From Takakia lepidozioides (Eukaryota; Plantae; Bryophyta): 64,000 nucleotides of DNA. The DNA lies in assembly GCA_030704615.1 (NCBI GenBank), contig CM060733.1, positions 56,978,001 to 57,042,000 of the forward strand, written 5' to 3'. Positions 38,323-49,400 of the stretch are shown here, piece by piece. A program made the translations under genes and the position numbers. The notes beneath the pieces are model-generated. The model searched no databases and was not told where the DNA came from. It saw nothing but the letters and a program-made list of their open reading frames with translations. Within the stretch, counting starts at the first letter, position 1; the number at the start of each line of letters is the position of its first letter.

Positions 38323-40116
38323 CAAGGTTGCTCACGTCAATGACGTCACGTCAGTTTGCCGAAAAATCAGTAAAACATGAGTTAGGTGAAACATATGTCA
38401 CGTAGGTGGACACGTTGTATTCCAAGCGACACCTGGGCAAGTGAATGAATTGTTTTATAAATTACTCCATCCGTCATATTTGAGGTCATTTTTAAATCAT
38501 ATTGTTAAATTGGTGCGACCTCCAAATGGTGGTGGTCGCAGAATTTATCTTATTTTTTAATAGTTGCGACCACCAGCGAGGGGTTGTCGCAGCATTTTGT
38601 TTTTTTAAAAATAGATGCGACCACCAGCAGGGGTGGTCGCAATTTTTTTTTCTTAAATAGTTGCGACACCAACAGGGTGGTCGCAATTTTTTTTTTCCTT
38701 AAATAGTTGCGACCACTGCTACTGTTGGTCGCACAATTTTTATTTTATTTAATAGGTGCGACCACAAAGGAGGTCCAACATTTTTTTATTTTTTAATATC
38801 TACGACCACCAGCATGGGGTGGTCGCAACATTTTTCTGTTTTTTTAATAGGTGCGACCACCAGCAGGGGGTGGTCGCAGCAATTTTATTTTTTTTTTTTT
38901 AAATAATCTTTGTGACCACGAGCATGGGGTGGTCGCAGCATTTTTTCTTTTTTTAATAGGTGCAACCACTAGCAGGGGGGTGGTCGCAGCAATTTTCTAT
39001 TTTTTAATATCTGCAACCACCAGCATGAGGGTGGTCGCAGCAGTTTTTTTTTTTAAATAACATACGACCTGGAGCGGTCGCAGCATTGGATTCTGATTCG
39101 TCGAGTGTGTGAGGCTTGGAAGCTGGAGGGTATATAAGGTGGTCCAATGCCCTCACTTCTTTTTGGCAAACACTTTTGTGGTGAGTGAATGTTCTCTATT
39201 CCTTAAGCAAGAGTGTAAGCCCAAGAGGAGGGTGCGGACCGTTTGCTGTTGTGGCTTCCACCAGAGCCACTGCAGCAAATTGTCGAAAAGCACAATATTA
39301 CATGGTGCATTGATCCACTTGGATTGATGACGTAGTGTTGGGCCATCGCATTCTGTTCTAATTTCTATTGCTCTTGACAAATCTACCAAGTACACTAGTG
39401 TTCTTTGTTCAATCTTAAGTCTGTGGTTAGGGTTTTGGGTGTGAGGATGAGGGAGGAGTGGATCCCTTGGTTCACCGTAGACCCGCACAAAAAAGACGGT
39501 GTTCAATGCAATCATTGAAGCTAGCGGGTCGCAAAGATCGCATGTTATATCACATCGGCTATAGAGATGGGAAGAATGCAAGGGTTAGTTTGTGCCCAAA
39601 AAGCCTCCATGCGAGTGAAAGCCCACTCTGCCCAATGTGGAGGCAATATCCCACCGTCTCTTGATGTGGCCGCAGCTTCTGAGCCAAACACTCCAGGTTT
39701 GAATCAAAATGTCCCTCAGAGTTGTACCCAAGGGGATTCTTGCGAGGCGTCTGCTGTTCGTGGAGAAGCCGGTGGGTCAGGAGCAACACCCGATTGTACA
39801 CCAGCACTTGTACGGACCAGACCATTGAAACAACAATCAATGCATGAGGACTCTGGATAAGAAGTGGGCCCAATTTTTCTACGAGGCTAATATTCCGTTC
39901 AATGTCTCGAGGCTTCCTGCGTTTGTGGCTGCTGTCAAAAAGCCACGTCCGATTCCAAGTCCACATACACACACCTTCGAGTTATCGCGATCTCCGCACA
40001 GGATTGCTAGAAGATGCTATGTCTGACCTCACCCAAAAGGTGAATGAAAAGACAGGTGATTCTCTCCGGAAATATGGAAACACTACATGTGCGGACGGTT
40101 GGAGTTTGTTACTAAC
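38323..40116 (+). mobile_element. 5' part of a hAT transposon (BED-like finger + DUF659), truncated
   Basis: RKDRMLYHIGY..VSLCPK; LDKKWAQFFYEANIPFNV..PAFVAAVK; PSSYRDLRTGLL; TTCADGWS (first catalytic D), then an abrupt end. The candidate left end CAAGGTTG at 38323 is tentative. Confidence 0.75.
38510..39085. repeat. Array of ~12 GC-rich hairpins separated by T-rich spacers
   Basis: Unit TGCGACCAC-N8-12-GTGGTCGCA plus a 20-30 nt poly-T/AT spacer, period ~50 bp. Confidence 0.9.
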
Positions 40117-40329
40117 CATTTGGATGGGCAACCATCCGTTGGCCCATTGAACGAATTTCGATTGATCTTATATTACGCTCGGGCCTCTTCCATGGTACAT
40201 TGAATATACTGGTCAAGTCTCAAAGCAAACCAAAATCATTTGGAGGCAAATGATTTATTCGTCTGTTCATTTATTTGTGATTAATCGTTAATGGTGAAAA
40301 GGATAAACCAAAGGTTCCTTGATCAAAAA

Positions 40330-40660
40330 AATTTGAATGATTTGAAATTTTGCCAGTATGTTCTACATGCCTCTTACATGGACAGGACAATATGAGATTA
40401 ATCAAAAATGGTTCATAGGAGAAACCATGGTTACTTGATGTGCCGATTTCTGAATGCTTTCAAACTTTGTCATTGCATGTACATGCCCTCTTAAAGGTAC
40501 CGGACAAGTATGAGTTTGATTTAAAATATTGCAATGGGTGAACCAATGGTCTTCATTTAGCAATTTTTGATTGTTTTGAAACTTTGCCAGTATATTGTAC
40601 ATGCCGTCAAACAGGTACCGAACAAGTATGAGGTCATTCAAAAATGGTTCAAAGGATGAA
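40330..40660. repeat. Three diverged ~115-bp direct repeats
   Basis: TTTG(C/T)CA.T..TACATGCC..GACAA(G)TATGAG..AAAA recurs at about 40350, 40465 and 40583. Confidence 0.6.
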
Positions 40661-40749
40661 CCTCGTATTTCCAAAAATTACGTAGACTATAGTACAGTGG
40701 GTTGCACATTTAAGTTTTCGCAACTTGAGACCTTTGGCCTACTCCCTAC

Positions 40750-41935
40750 GTTTCTAGCTTTTCCAGTCATCTTCATCTAGATTTATTTCTTTATTGTCGT
40801 CATCTCCAGATGTTGATGAAGATGCCGGGTGTAAAAGACGTGCCTCCACCAGTACGGAGAACTCGAGCCTGGGCTCGAGTAGTCAAAGAGAGACTAGTGT
40901 TGTGTGGTCCACCCTTGCCATCATCCGTAGCGTTCTAGGAGAGTGCTGACTCTCTTCCACATTTGCCAGAGCCGGGTTTGTTGCTCTTGCTACGGCTTCA
41001 TGCAATTTTTCAATTAAATCCGATATGTTTGGAAGTGACAAGAACATCCATGGAATAGGGGCAACTTGGTCACGTCATGTGTTCTGCCAATACTTTACAA
41101 CACTCGTGATGGTAGCCTTGAAATTGTCCAACACCTCCTCCTGCTGGGGGTCTCTGCGCAACTCTGGAAGAAAATGGCCCTTCATCCCGACGAGGCACCC
41201 AATTCATATCTTCTTAACGGATGCTAGCGGCCTCCAACTCCTTTAGAAATAAGTCTCTCCCAATCGGTTCGCGATTGTATGGGTCGTTTTCCGCTGGCAC
41301 CCATGGATCCTCAGGTAGTCGGAAGAATCTTTGTTTGGTACAGCTCCAATGCCCTCCCAATTCCGGTAAAAAAACTCCCTTTGGACTGGGTCTCGTATGT
41401 CTTTAGTGCGCATGGTTATTTCCCAGTTGGATGTCACCCAAAAGGTCACCAGATCTTTAACCCTAGTTAACGTCTTCGCATCCATGGCATGCATCTATTT
41501 TGGAGCATCCCATGTCATTGTCTCTCCCCAGTGCTGTCAATTTAAAAAATCGTAAGGCGATACATCCAATGGCATGTTGTACCGGTTGTACTCGTATCCC
41601 GTGGGCATATTGTCTTGCAACCCAAACAACTCATAGAAACGTCGATGGATTGGTCCACGACAGTCAGGGCATTGGCTGGCTCGCATGGCTGCCGATATGA
41701 GACATGCGGGATGGAACAAATGGCCACATGAACCAAGCATATAACCTCAATCTGGTCCGTAAGGGTTTAGGCACATTGTACACACCGTACCGTCTGTTAC
41801 CCATGACGCTGGATTGCTCCGTGGTATCCACGTCCGTTTATCCTCATAAATATTGGATGACATCCTCGGCCTGCTGTCCCAGTCCTCCTCTACTTCCAAA
41901 TCTCAGTTTATGCTCTTATTGGTATCGGAGAGGGT
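40750..41935 (-). pseudogene. RING-H2 zinc finger ORF remnant
   Basis: VCTMCLNPYGPD*GYMLGSCGHLFHPACL..SQCPDCRGPIH is a C3H2C3 pattern (~41660-41785). Stops and frameshifts; the extent is approximate. Confidence 0.75.
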
Positions 41936-42549
41936 TGCTATTCCATATGCACAGGTTGCGTGCATGCATGCACAAAATCCCTTATTATATATGCATGTGA
42001 CAAATTTGTATGCACACATTGTAGATTGTATGCAGTGGAGTTATATAACATAGAATACGACGTATTTATTGCATATGCAAATGTTAAATCATATGTATAT
42101 AGAAAAAAAAAATAAAAAAAATAAAAAAAATCTTAGCTAACAAAATCAGTAGTCAATGGTCAAAGATGCATGTGACCCTTAACTCCAACTAATGCACCAC
42201 CTTAAACTGAAGAGAATACAAGATCCTGGCCAAAGTAATAGTTTGCAAACTTGTATTCAAGGAAAACGGTTTCATATTAACCAAAATATGGACTTTTGTA
42301 CTAACAAATGCATATGTGTTATGTTTGGAACCACCACATTGTATGTCTGTTTGTAATGCCAAGCAGTTCTATAATTTGAAAACTTGTATGACAGGTACAC
42401 AAGTTCCATTTTAACCAAAATAGGAACTTTTGTACTAACAAATGTTATGTTATGTTTGGAATAAAGTAGTAACAAGATAATTACATGTCACATGCATGAA
42501 AATGAACGGCACAAGTTAGAGGTTCTTTTTTTGTGCATTTCATGTGTCA

Positions 42550-45388
42550 CTAAGAAGTTGAACTAGGGTCCTTCTTTAGCATAGCCCTAACCTCTAACTA
42601 GCTAAGGGAAGGTTGGTGGATCTCATAAGCCCCGGCGCATCCTAGATGCACGTTGTATATGAAGTACATGTGCTTACAAGGTAGATATGTTTGTTTTTTC
42701 TTCTTGACAGATAGCTCATCAAAGTCGGACAATCACAAGATGGAAACTGATCAATGTATACATTGTAAACCAATCCTGCTCTGGTAGATCCCTCTGTTTG
42801 TAGCTGGTAAATTCTCCCATAACCTGGCTGAGGCATGTTTCTGAATCCACGAACCTCAGCAATAAGAGTCTTCGCTGACTCTTGGCGACTCAAGTGTCGA
42901 GGAGTCGGATCCCAACGCCGAATGCGCATCCCATAGCGTGTAGTGGGATACTTACCCACAGGAAGGACACACCTTGATGAATATGTTGTTCCACTGGAAG
43001 TGGTCCCACAGGAAAGTCGGATCAGGAACGTTGGGAGGATGGACTAGTCGAAAACCTGCAAGGGTCAAGTTGTCCACCTCTTCTTGTGTAAGGTTGGTTC
43101 CAACCTTCACAGGCCACACGTTAGGTATACCCGGTTTTCCCAAGCAATAGGATGGCACGGTCCCTCCAACACACGACAAAACATCTGTGGGGCAAAACCA
43201 AAAAACTTGCAGTTTTGGTTCTTTCATGTTCGGTGCTAGTAACTTGCCAGTGAAGCAAGGTGCAGGACTTCCTTTACCTTTCCTGATGAGCGCTTTGCAT
43301 TTATCCTTGGAAACTCCAACCAAGGCAGAACAACGAACCATGGAAGCAGGACCTGTCCGCTGAATCCTGAACATGCATCGGAAAAGTTTGTGTCTCTCTC
43401 ACTGGATTTCCCCATTGCATTGGCTGAGGAGGGATAGCAACATGTGGATTTGTCTCACAGAAAGTCGAAGAACCAGAAGAGAGCCACCAAGCCCGAATTG
43501 CAATGTATGTGGTTGTAGCATCCTCCAAGGTAGCACTATCTTTCCATTCATAACAGAGCTGAGTGTGCCTTTCACGGAAGTCCTCCAAGATATAGTCGTT
43601 GGTGTGTCTTCGGAGGCTTTCAGCCCAATGATATAAACATGTTCTTTCTTTACCTTCCATTGGGACATTGGGATCAGATCCATAAACCCTTCGAACAGCA
43701 GCCCAATTCGCTCCTTGCTGCATCCGCCATGAAGCCAACAAAATTTGGTTTGTTCAAGCCAGCAAGTTTTGCTTGTTCATTGATCATCTCCAGAATAACA
43801 CCTGAGCATCTGCATCCTGTTTCATATCGCAAATGGCAATGGTCATCATTCGCTTGACATATGGTTCATAGACATGACACGCAAGAGTTGTCCAATCCTT
43901 GATGCGTTTGACATGGTCAAATACTACCCAACTTGTGCGTAGATCCCCCTCACTCATGCGACGCACAAGATCAACACCACTCCCGGGACCAGCAACAGAC
44001 ATCTTGAAAACATGGGGGAGATGAGAAGTATGCTGGCCTGGAAGGAGATTGCTGTGAATGAAATGGTATGTACTCAGACGCTTCAACTCCAATATGGACA
44101 TGATGGAATTGACACGTGCAGATGCGACCTTGTTTTTCACATTGGGGCTACAAACATGGGCAAACTCTTCAAGAATATCTTCCAAAGCCTCTCCCTCAAG
44201 ACGTACTGTCTCTGTGCCATCAGCCACAAGAACTCGATCAATCAAGAGCTTTGGGCCATTGACAAGAAATAGCTCCGGGGTCGACCATGGCTTCATCTTA
44301 ACGTGCTCTTGAATCATGCTTGATGCATTTTCCGCAGCCTCTCTATTCTCGCCCTTGGCACATGGATGGTTATGAAACCCAACGTGAACTGCAACACGTG
44401 TATATGTTGGAAGGGAACTTGTGACATAGTACATTCTTGCCCCACAATGCGCCTCACAGAAAGGTCTTCTTTGCAGAAACTACACTTGAACTGGTTGAAT
44501 GGAACTTGGGCTCCTGCAATGAACACCTTGTCTGCATTGCCTTCCCAATAGCGGTCATTCCGTTCTCCTTCTTTCTTGAAGAAGGGGCAAGTGCTGCTTT
44601 GACATATGAGCTTTCCAACACAAAGAACCTTACTACATTTCACATGATCTGGAACACCAGACATATTGTAGGTATTGGTCTTGCACCAAGGATGACCATC
44701 AAACTTGCGGTCCATGCCTTGGAGGGACTGTGAACCACGGTCCGTACGTAGTAGTTTGACCAATCCATTCCTCCCGAGCAGTGGCCAAGATACTCAAAAT
44801 GGACAACACACCAGAAGGAAATGCAGATGTAGCCTCCCCTGCTAGTCGTGGAGATGAAGATAAACCCCTCGCAGATTCGCAACAATCAGACGTGGTGTTG
44901 TCCAATGGAGTTTTCCGAGGCTTCATGTCGTGAAGCAAGACCGTATGAGCAGATGAGGAAGGTTGAGATCCACAAAATACACTCTTAGAAACCTCAACAC
45001 AATCCGAATTATGAGACCCCAAGCTCGCCGAATCTGCAACCTCCTCCTTCAATTTACAACTCCCATTTGTTGCAGCTTGATCGTTTTTTCTTGCAATAGA
45101 AGTGTGCCTCTCATCATGTGACTGTGTATAGCTCGTACCTGTGACACGGTACTTGGAGAAAGTGTCTGGAAACAACTCCCATTGCTTTTGGCCGTCATTG
45201 AAAACTGGAAGCAACACTGTGGAGGCATCATCATCTCCATCATCCTCCAAAAAAACTGAACCCGGAACAAGTTTGAATCTATTGCATAACCAAGGTTCTG
45301 GGATAATGCACTTGTTTCCATTGCAAGGATAACGAACCACTTTTGCATCAGGTGGACATGAAAGCAATGCATATTTTGGTGTAGACAT
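42550..45388 (-). pseudogene. Mutator-like DDE transposase with N-terminal GCM/WRKY-like Zn domain and C-terminal SWIM finger
   Basis: MDRKFDGHPW..CSKVLCVGKLICQSSTC..KCSFC..HVGFHNHP; VVFDHVKR (D1); GFMADAA-GANW (D2); RTCLYHW (CxxH); SWIM YNVYIDQFPSCDCP..LPCKHMYF; stop at ~42550. Frameshifted, and the catalytic E segment was not found. Confidence 0.75.
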
Positions 45389-46434
45389 TTGGCAATGCCC
45401 TCAAAGTTTGAGAGAAGATGCAAAATGAATGAAAGCGCACATCTTGCAAGACCTTATGCAAATACATTAAATGGCTTACATTACTTATGTGTATCATCAA
45501 TCCAGAAGGTCCAAATTTTTTGAGGCATGTGCTCCATCCATATTATTCTCTGACAGAAACAACTAAATGGACTATCCCCTATTTTTAAGACGACGGCGCC
45601 GTTGTTGAGATCTTAGAATCCAATGTACTGCCTTCTTCTATGAGCATATGAAACATAAATGCTCTGCATGTTTCCATTTATTTTACAACCAATCGTTGAT
45701 TAATCGTCCAACTATGAACTGACACACTAGACGGCACAATTTATTTACAATCAAATCCCATGACATGTATGTTGATTTGTTCTTTGATTACTCATGTATG
45801 AGTAATGAGTACAAGTATTTGTGGCGACAATTGACTCTAAAACCAATAAATTGATTAAGACACCCATAACAAAATATTTAGTTACTTTATCACTTACTTT
45901 ATATTGTATTATGAAGGCGCCGCCACAAAGTAACATGTCAATCGTACAACCATCTTCTGAGGATCCACGTGTAACCCATGTAGTCCAAAAAGCACTAACG
46001 CCAGAGTGTATAAAAAAGGTTCACATTTCAGATTTGGCCTTTTTAAGGCCTTAGCCTTCGCCCGCCCCCCTTTCCCCCGCTCTCCTTGGCGGGGCAGGTT
46101 TGAACCCGCAACCTAGTGGAAAATACACCACAACTTACCAAAAGCCATGCTCTATTCAATGAAACAACCTCTACTTTTTTGTTAATAAACTGTTTCTATT
46201 CAGTTAAACTTGTTGCCATTACTACATGACTAACCCGGTATCATTACTACACTAACGTAGTCTAGTATACTTGCACATTATCCCTTGCCACTCCCCCAAA
46301 CAAACACACACAAACTACACAAGCACTTAACACGTCTCTAGTCTCTACACCCGACTCCCGTTGCGAAGAGGAGACGGAGGCGCCGCATCTCGGCCTTATA
46401 CTATACCACCCCGAGGCAACGAGCTGTTGCGGCG

Positions 46435-49400
46435 ATGGGGAGGAAGAAGGACCGAGGGGGAGGCGTTGCTGGTGGTGGTGGTGGTAGAGGCAAGCTGCGG
46501 ACGGAGAAGGTAAGCTGTAGTTTTGTTTTTTTTCATGACCTGCACTTAGGCATATGCGCCATCGCATAAGCCCCACCAAGCTGCTCCTAATCTAGCACCT
46601 CCGCCGGCGCAGATGCCTAAGTCACTTCAACTCTCACAAGTTTGCGAATCTCCACACATACACACAACCGTCTCCGCCGGCGGAGACAGCTCATTCCCCT
46701 TGGTTTTTTTTTCTGATGCTTGGAAGGGCTGGGCTGCCACCTCCGCCGGCGCATACCGTTGGAGCTGGGATGCTCACATGTTTCAGGAAGTGCTCCTCTA
46801 CTCCCATCCCGTTTATTTTTTTGCATGCTCATACGTTGCTGATGCTCCGAGCGGGTTGGGCTGGCGTATCCGCCGGCGCATACCTGTGCAGCAGGGCTGC
46901 TCAAATGTTTTTTCCTGCTCAAAAGTTGCTGATGCTCCGAGTGGGCTGCGCTGGCATATCCGCCGGCGCATACCCATTGAGTACATTCTTTTTTGCTCAG
47001 TCATAGGTTTCAGGAACCTCCTGCGGCTTGGAGCTTGGTTTTTTTTGCATATTCCCTGTGTTACGGAAGCTCCAAAGCGCCAAGGCTGCCACCTCTGTCA
47101 ACGCAGACCCGTGCAGCAGGGCTGCTCACATATTTCAGGAAGTTCCCCCCCCTTCCATCTCTTTTGTTTCTCCGCATTCTCATAAGTTGTTGATGCTCCG
47201 AGCGGGCTGGGCTGCCATATCCGCCGGCGCATACCCATTGAGCACAATCTTTTTGCTTAGCTCCTAGGTTTCAGGAACCTCATGCAAGCATCTCCGCCGG
47301 CGGAGATGCTTGGAGCTTGGTTTTTTGTTGTATATTCCTTGTGTTACGTAAGCTCCAAAGTGTCGAGGCTGCCACCTCCGTCGGCGCAGACGCTTGGGGA
47401 ACCTTCCCTATTTTGGTTGATCACAGTATTCAAGTATCTCAAAGCTTCTACGTTGCCACCTCCACAACTCCACATGCTTCCATAGGCCTAGTTTGATCTT
47501 TCAAGGTGCTCCTGTATGTTTGGCTACAACCTCCCTTCCATGGTATGCGCCGGCGCATATGCTTGGAGCTCCTTGAGCAAAAATTTCTTCAAGGGCCTCA
47601 AATCTTGTCAAATTTTGAGTTGGTTGCACATATGTGTCATATGCGCCGGCGTAGGTGGTCGGAGGTCCTCTGTCGGGATGCTCAGGCCTGTATTCTGCTC
47701 CAAGTTGTAAGCTTTGAAAGACAAGGATATTCATGGAATTAGTTGACTATCCAAATTCATTTGTTTTCTTCATGCAACCATGACACTGAACTGCTCTTTT
47801 TACATATTATACATTCACACATGTGCTCTTCTCATACACTGACATCTTGAACTGTTTTGGTCTATGGAATTAGGAAATTACTACTACAACTGAAGCTGTG
47901 GAGGCCGGGACGCTTGCAACCATTATTGACGACATTGATGCAGGGAATTGGGGGGCAGATGAGTATGAAGAGGATACAACATCTAGTGATCCTCTTTCTC
48001 TAGATGCCAAACAGGCAATTATTCTGGAAAAGAAACAAGATCTGAATGTAACTTTCAGGTCCCTCCTCATTGAGGATGGAGTTATGGACATTCCATTGTG
48101 TCGCATGATTTCTATGCAGGTTTTAGGCCCGCCCTTGCCAACGACATCCTAAAGCTTAGAGGAGACTTCTATTCTGGATACCATCCAGGAGCAGCCGTGT
48201 TCTATGTTTCTGTTGAGGGGATTGATGGATCTACTATAGATGTAGGTCCTGATATCATCTCTACATGGGATAGTCATTGGAAAACAGTCAATGATGAGTT
48301 TGAGAAGTATCTTGAGTCCAAGCCAAAGTTGCATCATCTTCGGGGGAAGATGTTTCATGTCTGGGATGGGAATCATAGGCTTCAAGCATGGTATCCCTAT
48401 ATCAATGAAGTTCATGGGGCCAACTTGTCAAGACATGTCTGTGTGACAAGTTGGGTGCTCAATGCGGACATTGAAAATCGTGGTTCCCTCAGGTCCATCA
48501 TGGATGGAGTGAATGTGTGAGTTTCCTTTCTATTCTTCATTTACTTTCATGTTCAATGTTGTCATGTTCTTGCTCAATGGATGTACATATACACATCTTC
48601 TTTCTAATGATCATATTTTATATGTGCAGGGCAACAGAGAGGGCACATGTTACATCCAAATTTGTGCACTTGGTTTGCAAGGTCAATATGATTGGCCTTA
48701 CACCTGTCTCTGAATGGAAGAATGTATTGAGGAAAGAGCAATACGACGAATGCATCAAGAAAGCAGGAAAGACTTGGTATAACCTGACAGTCCATGCAAT
48801 GACAGAGATTTTGTACAAGGTAACATCATGTCTTAACCAAGTTTCATTCTTTGCATCCATAGACAAGATTCACCTCTGGTTCATGTTATGAACTGTTTTG
48901 GTTCTTTTGGCAGCATGATATTGTTGAGGCCCAACGCATGGCGGGGGAAGCTTACAAACTTGCTGAGGGCCAAAGAGTCAAGAGGGCCTTGAAGATACAA
49001 TGAGACAGGCTGGATTGAAAGCAAGGGAGCAACACAAGAGTCAGCTTGTGAAGTTGCTTCCTATTGCTGATCCAACCCTTGGAGAGGGGTTTCTCCAAGA
49101 ACTTAAACTGCATTGGTCACGTGTAAAGGCAGGATCAGAGGAAATGACCCAAGAGAAAATGGTGAACATTGCTACCGCCCGGGTGGATCCTGAAGAAAAG
49201 GTGGAATGGCTACATATATGGAATGGAGACCAAACACTTCACGACCGTAATTTTTTTCCACCCGGGCCTATCAGTGGGCCAACACTTGATCCTTGGCTGA
49301 ATAGAAGGACTTTTTGGTGGCAGGTACATATACAATCACTATCTTCTCAATGCAATTAATTCATTTTGTTGATGACACATTAACATAGTTATTTAACTGA

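Noticed and set aside
38463-38476. Stowaway/Tc1-mariner TIR-like TACTCCATCCGTC
   Set aside because: No matching opposite end found nearby.
38510-39085. CRISPR-like appearance of palindromic repeats with spacers
   Set aside because: Spacers are low-complexity poly-T, repeats vary, there are no cas genes, and the context is eukaryotic TE DNA.
46613-47267. 190-aa and overlapping ORFs in the palindrome array
   Set aside because: Repeat-derived translations without domain signal; the region fits better as an intron.
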